A stretch of 64,000 nucleotides of DNA from contig OZ244188.1 in NCBI GenBank assembly GCA_965216635.1, forward strand, positions 2,176,001-2,240,000, given 5' to 3'. The position numbers were made by a program, and so were the translations under genes. Positions within the stretch are counted from its first letter, which is position 1, and every line of letters starts with the position of its first letter. Positions 47,647-57,007 of the stretch are shown one piece after another. The notes under the pieces were generated by a model. It ran no database searches and was not told where the DNA came from. It worked only from the letters and a program-made list of their open reading frames with translations. The DNA is from a bacterium. Lineage in GTDB: Bacteria > SAR324 > XYD2-FULL-50-16 > G965216635.

Positions 47647-48273
47647 ATGAAACCACTAGTTAAACACAAAGGAATCGTTGCTTTGTTAAACAGAGCAGAC
47701 GTAGACACCGACCAAATTATACCCAAGCAATTTTTAAAAAAAATAGGCAAAACAGGGTTTGGTGAAGCTCTTTTTTTTGACTGGAGGTATCTAGAAAATG
47801 GAAAACTAAATCCAGATTTTGAACTCAATCATCCACAATTTCAGGGCGCATCTATTTTGCTTGCTGGAGACAATTTTGGCTGTGGTTCTTCTAGAGAACA
47901 CGCTCCGTGGTCGCTTTTAGAATACGGCTTTCGGGTGATTATTTCTAGCAGTTTTGCCGATATTTTTTACAACAACTGCCTTAAAAACGGAGTGCTCCCT
48001 ATAACTTTAAACAAAGAAATAATTGCTTCTCTAATGAAGCAAGTAGAAAATCACCTTTCAGAAAATCAAGGAGGATGTTCCTTTGAAATAAACCTAAAGG
48101 CTCAAACTCTAATGGACGCTCAAGGCAACTCTATCACTTTTGAAGTGGATTCTTTTCGCAAAAAATTTTTGCTTCAAGGAATGGACGATATAGATTGGAC
48201 TTTGCAATACAAAGATTACATTGAGCAATTTGAAGAAAAACAAAAAAAAACTATGCCTTGGCTTTGGAGATAA
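47647..48273 (+). CDS. leuD: 3-isopropylmalate dehydratase small subunit
   Basis: [30 protein letters not shown]. Confidence 0.98.
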   Translation: MKPLVKHKGIVALLNRADVDTDQIIPKQFLKKIGKTGFGEALFFDWRYLENGKLNPDFELNHPQFQGASILLAGDNFGCGSSREHAPWSLLEYGFRVIISSSFADIFYNNCLKNGVLPITLNKEIIASLMKQVENHLSENQGGCSFEINLKAQTLMDAQGNSITFEVDSFRKKFLLQGMDDIDWTLQYKDYIEQFEEKQKKTMPWLWR

Positions 48274-48944
48274 AATTAAAAAATTGGATAGACAACCCAG
48301 ATTGGAAAAATTTTTTTGAAACCCAAACAAAATTGCCTTACTGGGAAAAGCTGGAAAATTTACTACAGCAAGAAGAACAACAAGGGAAAAAAATCTACCC
48401 ACCAAAAGAAAAAATATTTCGCATTTTCAACAAGCTATCTCCTCAAAACATCAAAGTTATTATCTTAGGGCAGGACCCTTATCACCAAAAAGGGCAAGCC
48501 GATGGATTTGCCTTTTCTATCAGTTCTTCTAATTTACCGCTACCACCAAGTTTGCAGAATATTTTCAAAGAAATTTTAGCAACAAAAAAAATCAAACAGT
48601 TCCCTAAAGGAGATTTAAGCGCGTGGGTATCGCAAGGAGTATTTTTGCTAAATACAATTTTGACTGTCAGAGATTCCGAACCACTTTCACACCAGAATTT
48701 TGGTTGGCAGATTCTTATCCAAAATACACTACGATTTTTAGATAAAAAGACGGAGTGCATTTTACTATGGGGAAAAAATGCAGTTTTTTATAAAAAAGAA
48801 TTGAAAAACCCAAACCACTTGGTTTTAGAAACAAGTCATCCCTCACCTCTTTCTGTTTATCGTGGGTTTTCTGGTTGTGGACATTTTGAAAAGGTGAACC
48901 AATGGCTAAAAAAACAAACCCAAATTCCTATTCGTTGGCTCTGA
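48258..48944 (+). CDS. ung: Uracil-DNA glycosylase family 1
   Basis: GQDPYH, PPSL.NIFKE, LLNT.LTV, HPSPLS. Confidence 0.96.
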   Translation: MALEIKLKNWIDNPDWKNFFETQTKLPYWEKLENLLQQEEQQGKKIYPPKEKIFRIFNKLSPQNIKVIILGQDPYHQKGQADGFAFSISSSNLPLPPSLQNIFKEILATKKIKQFPKGDLSAWVSQGVFLLNTILTVRDSEPLSHQNFGWQILIQNTLRFLDKKTECILLWGKNAVFYKKELKNPNHLVLETSHPSPLSVYRGFSGCGHFEKVNQWLKKQTQIPIRWL

Positions 48945-48954
48945 TTTTTGAGAA

Positions 48955-49189
48955 TAGACTGTCGTATTTGCATTCTGTTTAGCCAAAACAAGCTTATTGC
49001 TTAAATTACTTACAGAAGGACTGTAAAAAAGCCACTGGCTTTTTTACAATACTTTTTCGGTAAGACTTAGTTTTTTGGCATTTCGCTTAAACGATATGCT
49101 CCGCTGTTTTACAAATTTTCGTACCTGTTCTAACTATTTGGCTAGCCGTCACAGCTGGTTTTATCCTATTTGGAAAATTCAGAGGTCTA
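48955..49189. mobile_element. Palindromic MITE-like element, family A (diverged)
   Basis: tagactgtcgtatttg ... aaattcagaggtcta; shared blocks gcattctgtttagccaaa and ttggctagccgtcaca; hairpin tgtaaaaaagcca-c-tggcttttttaca. Confidence 0.75.
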
Positions 49190-49206
49190 GAGTAGTTTGA
49201 AAAAAA

Positions 49207-49512
49207 TCACTCTTGAAATTTTCCAAACCAAAAATCAATTTTTCTAGCGTCAGAAATCACTTCAAAAGATTTTTTTAATCCCATAGAAATCGTTTCATCA
49301 ATGATTACTCTACCAGGATAGTGAATTGCTGCTTCCCCAAAAAACTCATCGCACCAAGAAGGAGCAATGGCTCGCATTCCAGAAAAATCAAAAAACAGTT
49401 GCTCTGTTTTAGGTAAAGAATCTAACTCTCGTTTTAAGGATTGGAAAGCTGTTCTTCCTTCTTCTCTTCCTCCAAGATAGATACCGTAAGATTGTAATAA
49501 TTTTTTTTTCAT
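49207..49512 (-). CDS. STAS-like DUF4325 protein
   Basis: LGGREEGR, FDFSGM....PSWCDE.FG. Confidence 0.75.
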   Translation of the reverse strand: MKKKLLQSYGIYLGGREEGRTAFQSLKRELDSLPKTEQLFFDFSGMRAIAPSWCDEFFGEAAIHYPGRVIIDETISMGLKKSFEVISDARKIDFWFGKFQE

Positions 49513-49517
49513 TTGTT

Positions 49518-50342
49518 TTAATATTTAACACTAAAAAACACATTCGCACCTGTTGTAAAAGGAGTTTCAAAAGTTTGTTTGTCGAAAACAGATACAAATG
49601 TATTTCCAGACCTAAGGTATAATTTCCCTTGAAACCCATTTAAAACATTTTTCTGTAAAAAGTCAAGCCCGTTTCCACCCATCTTTTGCAGTCTGCCTGT
49701 AGTATTGGCTTTTAAAGCCAAAAAAATAGCTTTTTTTTGTGAATCCAACTCTGGATAATTTGCTTTTAAAGTTTTCAAAAAACCTGCTCCAAAATCACAA
49801 AAACTAAAACAAAGCTCTTTTTTCTTTGAAAAATTTTGAACGAATAAAATAGCCAAAGGACGTTTGCCAGCCCAATTCCATTCTTCCCCAAGGTTATGAG
49901 AAAAAGCATTGTCTGCTACTTCAAATAAAGACATAATGACTGACTGAATATTATCATCACCTAACCCAATATTTTTTAATAGCATATCTAGTTTATATGC
50001 ATTACTATAAATTGCCTCTTTGCCATAGTAAGTTTGCAATTCTAAAAATTTTTCACTCTCTATAATATCACTGGCAACAGGGTAAGATTTATTACTAGGA
50101 TCGGGACTTAATTTTTTGACTTGCTCCAGTTTTTTAAAAAAATTCATAAAATACAAGTAAGAAACAGCATCCGTTTCATTAACAATTTTATAATTTTCTC
50201 CTGCAAAATCAAAATTGATAATATAGGCAAAAAGCTCTGTAATCTCAAAGGTGTTTAAAAAATTCACTCCTTCAAAATCAAGAACAAGATTGTTTTCTTG
50301 CTCTTTTAGAATTTTGCTAATTTTGGAATAATCTGCATACAT
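49518..50342 (-). CDS. STAS-like plus GHKL/HATPase (anti-sigma kinase-like) protein
   Basis: LDFEGVNFL; EVADNAFSH (N box), DFGAG (G1), GGNGL (G2). Confidence 0.75.
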   Translation of the reverse strand: MYADYSKISKILKEQENNLVLDFEGVNFLNTFEITELFAYIINFDFAGENYKIVNETDAVSYLYFMNFFKKLEQVKKLSPDPSNKSYPVASDIIESEKFLELQTYYGKEAIYSNAYKLDMLLKNIGLGDDNIQSVIMSLFEVADNAFSHNLGEEWNWAGKRPLAILFVQNFSKKKELCFSFCDFGAGFLKTLKANYPELDSQKKAIFLALKANTTGRLQKMGGNGLDFLQKNVLNGFQGKLYLRSGNTFVSVFDKQTFETPFTTGANVFFSVKY

Positions 50343-50356
50343 TAGAGTCTTTACGG

Positions 50357-50385
50357 TTGAAATTTATGAATAATTAAAGTATACT
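50357..50385 (+). promoter_or_regulatory. Sigma70-like promoter for the rhomboid-folP-hemC cluster
   Basis: TTGAAA-17 bp-TATACT. Confidence 0.5.
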
Positions 50386-50419
50386 CCAGTTTTAGATAAA
50401 ACTCAAGAACTACAAAAAA

Positions 50420-51229
50420 GTGTCTCCTATAATTAAAGCGATCCCTTGCCCTCGTTGCAAACAACTATTTTCTGAAAATCAAGATTATTGCCCAAACTGT
50501 GGTTTTAGACCTACCGCTTCTGGTTTCAGCTGGCAAAAATACCTCATCAAGCAGGATGTTTTTCTTTCTGCAATTATCTATTCTAATATATTTATTTTTA
50601 TTGGCTCCATTCTCTTGTCTATATTTTCTGGCTTTGGCGCGGCTTCCGATTTTTTTGGTTTCCCCGTTCCCGCTTTAAACGTGTTAGAAAAGTTAGGAGG
50701 GCTTTATACACAGGCTATATTCAAAGGTGAATTGTATCGGCTTATCAATTATTTTTTTTTGCACGCTAGTGTGATGCATATTTTATTGAACATGGCGTGG
50801 TGTTATTTTTTAAGAAATCAGTTAAAAGATTTTCCTTCTAAAATTATTTTTTTGATTTATTTCGTTAGCGGTATTTCGGGAGGCACCTTGGCATTTTTAT
50901 TAGAGAGAGATGCATTAGTAGTAGGATCATCAGGAGCAGTTTTTGGACTTTTAGGAGCCCTTTTAGCCTATGCTAGAAAAAGAAAAGATATCATAGGTTT
51001 TTTGCTCTGGAAACAGTTTTCTTTTCTTGCTTTAATGATGATTTTGTTTGGATTTTTGTTACCCAATGTTAGTAACAGCGGACACTTAGGCGGTATAGCG
51101 GGAGGTTTTCTTTTTACTTGGTTTGTTGTTTTAGGAGATATGCCACAAAAAATTACAATAATGAGATTTTTAACCTTCCTTTTTTATGGAGCTATTTTAT
51201 GGGGAGTATCGGGTCTCTTTTTGTACTGA
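50420..51229 (+). CDS. Rhomboid intramembrane serine protease with N-terminal zinc ribbon
   Basis: CPRC/CPNC; FLH...HI..N, GSSG, GHLGG. Confidence 0.9.
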   Translation: MSPIIKAIPCPRCKQLFSENQDYCPNCGFRPTASGFSWQKYLIKQDVFLSAIIYSNIFIFIGSILLSIFSGFGAASDFFGFPVPALNVLEKLGGLYTQAIFKGELYRLINYFFLHASVMHILLNMAWCYFLRNQLKDFPSKIIFLIYFVSGISGGTLAFLLERDALVVGSSGAVFGLLGALLAYARKRKDIIGFLLWKQFSFLALMMILFGFLLPNVSNSGHLGGIAGGFLFTWFVVLGDMPQKITIMRFLTFLFYGAILWGVSGLFLY

Positions 51230-51233
51230 TTAT

Positions 51234-52052
51234 ATGAACTATTCTCAAAAAATATTTGGAGTCCTCAATATTACCGAAGATTCTTTTTTTGACGGCAAAA
51301 AATATTTAGATCCCCAAAAAGCAATTCAGCAAGCCTTTCTATTAAAAGAGCAAGGAGCCGATATTATTGATATAGGAGCGGCTTCCTCTCACCCAGATTC
51401 TATGGATGTCTCTGCGGAAACAGAAATAAAAAGGCTCTCTAAAGTTATTCCTATTTTAAAAAAAGAAGGCTTTGTGATTTCTGTAGATTCTTTTCAGCCT
51501 GAAGTACAGCTTTTTGCGATGGAGCAAGGAGTAGATATTCTCAATGATATTTCTGGATTTGCAAACCCAGAAATTTATAGCAGTCTAGCAAAACAATCTT
51601 GCAGTTTGATAGTAATGCACTCTATCCAGAGAAAAGGAAAAGCCAATCGTAAAAATATTTCTCCTGAAGCTATTACTGATAGTTTGCTAGAATTTTTTCA
51701 AAGCCGTTTATCTGAATTACAAGAAGCAGGTATTTCAAGAGAGAGAATTATTATAGACCCAGGTATGGGATTTTTTCTTAGTTCTGACCCTGAAACCTCC
51801 TTTGAGGTTTTAAGAAATATCACACTCCTAAAAAAAGCTTTCCAGCTTCCTATTTTAATTGGAATATCTAGAAAATCTTTTATGCAACGGTTTTTGGGGA
51901 AAGATAAAAACAAAATAGGAGCTTCCTGCGGGTATCTAGAATTTTTACTTTTTGAACAAGGAATATCTATCCGCACCCATAATCCTGATTTTTTGAACGA
52001 TTTTCTGCTAATTAAAAACAAACTAAAAGCTAATGTTGCTAAATCATCCTGA
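51234..52052 (+). CDS. folP: Dihydropteroate synthase, Sul1/Sul3-like
   Basis: FGVLNITEDSFFD, ASSHPD, SVDSFQPE, LNDISGF, DPGMGFFLS, SRKSF, RTH; ATG 51234 preferred. Confidence 0.93.
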   Translation: MNYSQKIFGVLNITEDSFFDGKKYLDPQKAIQQAFLLKEQGADIIDIGAASSHPDSMDVSAETEIKRLSKVIPILKKEGFVISVDSFQPEVQLFAMEQGVDILNDISGFANPEIYSSLAKQSCSLIVMHSIQRKGKANRKNISPEAITDSLLEFFQSRLSELQEAGISRERIIIDPGMGFFLSSDPETSFEVLRNITLLKKAFQLPILIGISRKSFMQRFLGKDKNKIGASCGYLEFLLFEQGISIRTHNPDFLNDFLLIKNKLKANVAKSS

Positions 52053-52956
52053 ACTACGAATAGCAAGTAGGAAGAGTCGACTAGCTCTGCTACAAGCAGA
52101 AGAAGTAAAAAAAAACATTTTGAAATTTTATCCTAATCAAAAAATAAAAATCATAACCTACCAAACAAGTGGAGATAAAATTCAAAATAAACCTCTTTTT
52201 GAAATTGGAGGCAAGGGTTTGTTTTGTAAAGAATTGGAACTAGCCTTACAAGAAAAAAAAGTAGACTTAGCCGTGCATTCTATGAAAGATGTACCGGGCA
52301 GACTGGAAGAGGATTTTGTCATTCCAGTAGTTTTAAAAAGAGAAAATCCACTAGATGCACTAATTTCTAAAAACAATACTAGACTGGCTGCTTTAAAAGC
52401 GAATAGTCGTGTTGGAACTTCTTCGCCCCGCAGAGCAGCACAACTGAGAAATTTTAGAAATGATTTGCAAATCATTTCTTTAAGAGGAAATTTAGAAACA
52501 AGATTAAATAAATTGAAAACCGGGAAAATAGATGCTATTTTATTAGCAGTAGCTGGTCTCAAAAGGCTAGGTTTGCAAAATCGCATTAGCGAAGTTTTAC
52601 CAGATTCTATATGTCTACCAGCAGTAGCACAAGGAATTATAGGTATAGAATGTTTAAGAGAAAATAAAGCTTTGATAGAATACCTTATTCCTATCAACCA
52701 CCAACCTAGTTATTTTCAAATGCTCACAGAAAGAAGTTTTTTAGCTACTTTACAAGGAGATTGCAATTCTCCTATTGCGGGTTATTCCCAAATAAAAACA
52801 GGCAAATTATTTCTACAGGGTTTGGTGGCATCCTTATCAGGTAAGAAAATACTTAAAGGGCAAGTTCAAGGCAGTTTAGAAAAGCCTAGCCAGTTAGGCT
52901 ATAAACTAGCAAATCAATTGATTCAGCAAAATGCTTTGTCCTTAATAAAAAACTAA
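52033..52956 (+). CDS. hemC: Hydroxymethylbilane synthase
   Basis: RKSRLAL.Q, GGKGLF.KELE, VHSMKD, GTSSPRR, RGN..TRL, GDC. Confidence 0.97.
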   Translation: MLLNHPELRIASRKSRLALLQAEEVKKNILKFYPNQKIKIITYQTSGDKIQNKPLFEIGGKGLFCKELELALQEKKVDLAVHSMKDVPGRLEEDFVIPVVLKRENPLDALISKNNTRLAALKANSRVGTSSPRRAAQLRNFRNDLQIISLRGNLETRLNKLKTGKIDAILLAVAGLKRLGLQNRISEVLPDSICLPAVAQGIIGIECLRENKALIEYLIPINHQPSYFQMLTERSFLATLQGDCNSPIAGYSQIKTGKLFLQGLVASLSGKKILKGQVQGSLEKPSQLGYKLANQLIQQNALSLIKN

Positions 52957-52961
52957 GAGTT

Positions 52962-54755
52962 ATGCAATCAAAAATAAGTATTCGCGCTATCTTCCTCCGT
53001 TTTTTTGAACTACTTCCCATTTTTCAAAAACGCAAAAGAATTTATATCTATTCTGTGTTTTTCTTGAAAATTTTATTATTAGGATTAGATATATTTAGTT
53101 TGACGCTAATTTCTCCTTTCATTGCTTTGATTGCCCAACCGAGTTTCATTCAAACAAACTCTTTTATGCAAATGCTTTATAATTTTTTTGGATTCCAAGA
53201 AAGTAAATATTTTATTTTAACTTTTGGAGCAGTGACGGTGTTTCTTTTTATCTTTGGTAGATTAATGTTTTATTTTGCTACTTTATTACAAAAAAAAATT
53301 CAAAATGTTTTAAATGTAGATCTGACCGAAATTGTTTTTAAACAAATACTTCACTCTCCTTATGAATGGCACTTGAAAAAAAACTCTGGAAAAATTTTAG
53401 TTTCAGTGAGTCATCAAACTATTGGTATTAGTTCCTTTATTACTCAAACAGTCACCATATTGAGTTTTGCAATCGTTTTGATTGTAACAGCTTTAGTTTT
53501 AATTATTTTGTATCCTATTGCTTTTTTAGTGATTTTTTTTTTCATGGGAAGTTTGGTTTATTTGATTCACAATAGCAGTAAAAAAATAATTTATTCTATG
53601 GGAAAAGATCTCACAAAAGCTAGCAGACAAACCGTTCAAATTGTAAGGGAAAGTTTAGCGAGTATTGTCGATATTAAACTTTTTCATAAAGAAAATTATT
53701 ACCAACAAAAAGTTGTAAAAAGCACCAAAAAAGCTTCCGATTCTAGTTTTAAGATAGAGGCAGTGAGTCAAGCAATTCATCCTCTTTTGCAATCTTTACT
53801 CTACATAGGGATTTTACTTTTCATATTTTTTATTATCCTTTTACAAAACGATTTTAATAAAGTCATCAGCTCTGGCGTTTTTTTTTTAGCAGTTGCCTAT
53901 CGCTGTATTCCATTTACAAATATCTTATTGCTTGGTTTGAATGGTGTTCAAGCAAATCTTTATAACTTAGACCACCTTAAAGATGAATTTAAATTTTTTG
54001 GAGAAAAACAAAAAACACCACCACCCCAAGAAAGAACAGCCCCCGAAAGAACAGAGAAAAAAATAAATTTTCAAAGGCAAATCACACTTCGTGATATTTC
54101 TTATCGCTATCCCGATACAAAAAAAGATGTTTTAAAGAAGATTAACTTAAATATAAAACAGGGCAGTTTAATAGGTATTATGGGTAAGACTGGAGAAGGA
54201 AAAAGCACTCTCATAAAGATCATCCTTGGTTTGTTAAAAATCCAGAATGGAAATATTATCATTGATAATGAATCGCTAAAACCAGAGAACCTGCAAGATT
54301 GGTATCGACAAATCGGCTATGTGCCACAAAAAATTTTTATTAGTAATGCTAGTCTTATAGAAAATATTGCATTCGGAGAATCCAAAGAAAGTTTCAATAC
54401 TCAAAGATTACAAACTATTTTAAAATTACCGTGGCTAGCTTCCTTCATCAAGCAATTGCCTCAAACAGAAAATACGATTTTACAAGAAGAAGGCAAAAAT
54501 TTGAGCGGAGGACAAATCCAAAGAATAGCTATAGCGAGAGCACTTTATAAAAATGCAAAATTACTTATTTTGGATGAAGCTACCAATTCTTTGGACGACA
54601 AAACAGAACAATCAGTCCTAAAGACTATAGAAAAACTACAAGGAAAAATAACAATGATTATCCTTGCCCACCGTTTGACTACGCTCAAAGAATGTGATTT
54701 TATTTATCAATTAAAAGACGGACATTTAATTAAAAAAGATTACAAAAATCTGTAA
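52962..54755 (+). CDS. ABC exporter, fused permease/ATPase (PglK/MsbA-like)
   Basis: N-terminal TMD, GKTGEGKST, LSGGQ, LDEAT. Confidence 0.9.
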   Translation: MQSKISIRAIFLRFFELLPIFQKRKRIYIYSVFFLKILLLGLDIFSLTLISPFIALIAQPSFIQTNSFMQMLYNFFGFQESKYFILTFGAVTVFLFIFGRLMFYFATLLQKKIQNVLNVDLTEIVFKQILHSPYEWHLKKNSGKILVSVSHQTIGISSFITQTVTILSFAIVLIVTALVLIILYPIAFLVIFFFMGSLVYLIHNSSKKIIYSMGKDLTKASRQTVQIVRESLASIVDIKLFHKENYYQQKVVKSTKKASDSSFKIEAVSQAIHPLLQSLLYIGILLFIFFIILLQNDFNKVISSGVFFLAVAYRCIPFTNILLLGLNGVQANLYNLDHLKDEFKFFGEKQKTPPPQERTAPERTEKKINFQRQITLRDISYRYPDTKKDVLKKINLNIKQGSLIGIMGKTGEGKSTLIKIILGLLKIQNGNIIIDNESLKPENLQDWYRQIGYVPQKIFISNASLIENIAFGESKESFNTQRLQTILKLPWLASFIKQLPQTENTILQEEGKNLSGGQIQRIAIARALYKNAKLLILDEATNSLDDKTEQSVLKTIEKLQGKITMIILAHRLTTLKECDFIYQLKDGHLIKKDYKNL

Positions 54756-55559
54756 ATGAAAAAAACTATTTTTATTTTTATTTTGTTTTTTGCCTATTTA
54801 CCGAGGCTGCTAACAGAGGAAACAGATCCCATTGTTTTTGATAATTTGCAATTAAACTACCTCCATAGCGACAAAAAAAAAGAAGTCAATGGCTCCAGTA
54901 TAGAATTTCATCTAAAAGACAAACATTATCATTATCTTTACACCAAACTTTATGGGAAAGAAAAAACCGATCTCAGAAAGGCTCGCTTGATTGTTCTCAC
55001 TTCCCAAAAAAAACTACTTTATTTTTATGAAACTAACTTTAAAAGAAAAGAAATTTTCTTTAATCAGTATTTACCAGAAGGAAATAGTTATTCTAGAAAA
55101 ATAGAAAACAAAGAATGGAAAACAAAAAAAAATGGGGCTGACGGAGGGATAACAATAGAAGAATTTCTTTTTAAACTAAAATTACAGGTACAACAGAAAA
55201 AATTTAAAAAAGAAGTGTGGAAATTCTATTTGCCTTATCTTCCAGCAATCAACCATGTAAAAATGAATGTTCAGTGCCAACCTAAAGTAACAGATCTTTA
55301 TTTTAAAAAAAAAGAAGCTACAATTTTTTGTCATTTTGCTCTTAAATCTTCGTGGATACGCTCTTTTGTTAGTGAAGATAAAGCTGAAGGTGCTTTTGTT
55401 TTTCAACAAGAATACCCGCATTATATTTTAAAAATTATATTAGGAAACCATTTTTATCTTACAGAAAAAAAAACTATCACAAAAGAAAATAGAGAAAACC
55501 TGTTACAAGAAATAGATGAAATAAAAAATACAATTTCACGAACTCAACAAAAACTTTAA
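54756..55559 (+). CDS. Exported hypothetical protein
   Basis: 267-aa ORF with signal-peptide-like N-terminus, abutting the upstream stop. Confidence 0.6.
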   Translation: MKKTIFIFILFFAYLPRLLTEETDPIVFDNLQLNYLHSDKKKEVNGSSIEFHLKDKHYHYLYTKLYGKEKTDLRKARLIVLTSQKKLLYFYETNFKRKEIFFNQYLPEGNSYSRKIENKEWKTKKNGADGGITIEEFLFKLKLQVQQKKFKKEVWKFYLPYLPAINHVKMNVQCQPKVTDLYFKKKEATIFCHFALKSSWIRSFVSEDKAEGAFVFQQEYPHYILKIILGNHFYLTEKKTITKENRENLLQEIDEIKNTISRTQQKL

Positions 55560-55566
55560 CTAAAAT

Positions 55567-55905
55567 ATGGAAGATTTCAATCAAATTAACCATACTAGAG
55601 AAACAAAAATACCTCAAAAAAGACACAACTTTTTTAGAGTTCCTCTTTATTTTTTTTTTCAGTTAGCTATCTTGCTTGCCTTTATGTTTTTGTTGATTTT
55701 ACAAAATGTCCGTTTTCAAATTTTAGAGAAAGAAATTTTCAATCAGGTAAAAAAAAAGAGGAAATTGGAAGAAACTATTTTACCTTTAAGACTAGAATTA
55801 AGGAATCTTACCAGAAATGAAATACTAGAAGAATTGGCAGAAAAAAAATTCTTCTTAAAACCCCCTAAAAAAGAACAGCTTATTCAAATGGAATATTTGA
55901 AATAA
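55567..55905 (+). CDS. FtsL-like bitopic membrane protein
   Basis: Single TM followed by coiled coil; L.LE...L....LE.LA.....L..P pattern. Confidence 0.55.
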   Translation: MEDFNQINHTRETKIPQKRHNFFRVPLYFFFQLAILLAFMFLLILQNVRFQILEKEIFNQVKKKRKLEETILPLRLELRNLTRNEILEELAEKKFFLKPPKKEQLIQMEYLK

Positions 55906-55996
55906 ATTTTGTAGAAACCCTTTATCTCTAAAAAAGCTTTGTTTTAGACTGTCCTTGTTTATTTTTTGTAAATTAGAAAAATAAGATAGAATTTTA

Positions 55997-56025
55997 TTGA
56001 CAAACCAGATAATAAATATTATCCT
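55997..56025 (+). promoter_or_regulatory. Sigma70-like promoter of the metal ABC transporter operon
   Basis: TTGACA-17 bp-TATCCT. Confidence 0.5.
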
Positions 56026-56080
56026 CCTCTAAGGGAGTCTTTCAATAAAGCATTTTCTTATTAAATCCTAAACCAAACTG

Positions 56081-56998
56081 ATGTCTCACAATTTTCTTTA
56101 TAAAAAATTTTCTTATATTTTGTGTTTTTTGCAGGTAATCTTGTTTTTTTTATCTTCCTTGCAGAATCTTCAAGCAAAAGAGCTAAAAATTTTAGCTACA
56201 ACCGGTATGATTGCCGATATTTTGAAAAACCTTGTTAAAGTAGAGGTCACCCATTACCAAATGATGGCATCAGGCATTGACCCTCATACCTACAAACCTT
56301 CAGCTCGGGATTTAAGAAAAATCCACGAATCTCAACTAGTTTTTTATAATGGGTTTCATTTGGAGGCAAGTCTTACCAAAATTTTTAAAAAAATGAGAAA
56401 ATCTCACGCTATCTGTGAAATTCTTGCAGCTAAGGATTTACTGGATGGACAGTACTCTATCCCCGATCCACACATTTGGATGGATGTAACTCTTTGGCAA
56501 AAATGCGTTGAAAATACTAGCAAAATTTTACAACAAAATTTACCAAAACAAAAAAAAGAAATACAAAAAAACACAAAACTCTATCAAAAAAAATTAAAAA
56601 ACTTAGATCTTTGGATAAGAAAAGAAATTATAAAAATCCCCAAACAAAGAAGAATACTAGTGACCGCTCACGATGCTTTCCGCTATTTTGGAAAGGCTTA
56701 CCAATTTCAAGTATTAGGGATTCAAGGAATCAGCACTGCTTCTCAAGCGGGGATTAAAGAAATCAAAGATATTGCAAATTTTGTTACAGAAAAAAAAATA
56801 CCTGCTATTTTTGTAGAATCTTCTGTGGCTCAACACAATATTATTGCTTTAAGAGAAGCAGTTCACTCACGCGGGTGGCAAGTAAAAATAGGGGAGAGTC
56901 TTTTTTCTGATGCTATGGGATCTAAAGGAAGCGGCAAAGATAATTATGTTGCGATGATTAGGCACAATGTTTCAGCGATTGTAAATGGCCTTCAATAA
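56081..56998 (+). CDS. Mn/Zn ABC transporter substrate-binding protein (TroA/MntA)
   Basis: DPHTY, DPHIW, TAHDAF.YF, LFSDAMG. Confidence 0.92.
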   Translation: MSHNFLYKKFSYILCFLQVILFFLSSLQNLQAKELKILATTGMIADILKNLVKVEVTHYQMMASGIDPHTYKPSARDLRKIHESQLVFYNGFHLEASLTKIFKKMRKSHAICEILAAKDLLDGQYSIPDPHIWMDVTLWQKCVENTSKILQQNLPKQKKEIQKNTKLYQKKLKNLDLWIRKEIIKIPKQRRILVTAHDAFRYFGKAYQFQVLGIQGISTASQAGIKEIKDIANFVTEKKIPAIFVESSVAQHNIIALREAVHSRGWQVKIGESLFSDAMGSKGSGKDNYVAMIRHNVSAIVNGLQ

Positions 56999-57007
56999 AA
57001 AAAATTT

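Noticed and set aside
44929..47828. Minus-strand ORFs over the coiled-coil array
   Set aside because: Antisense shadows of the repeated genes.
51234..52052. Clinically mobilised sul gene in a class 1 integron
   Set aside because: AT-rich like the host, overlaps hemC, and no intI1, qacE or IS nearby.
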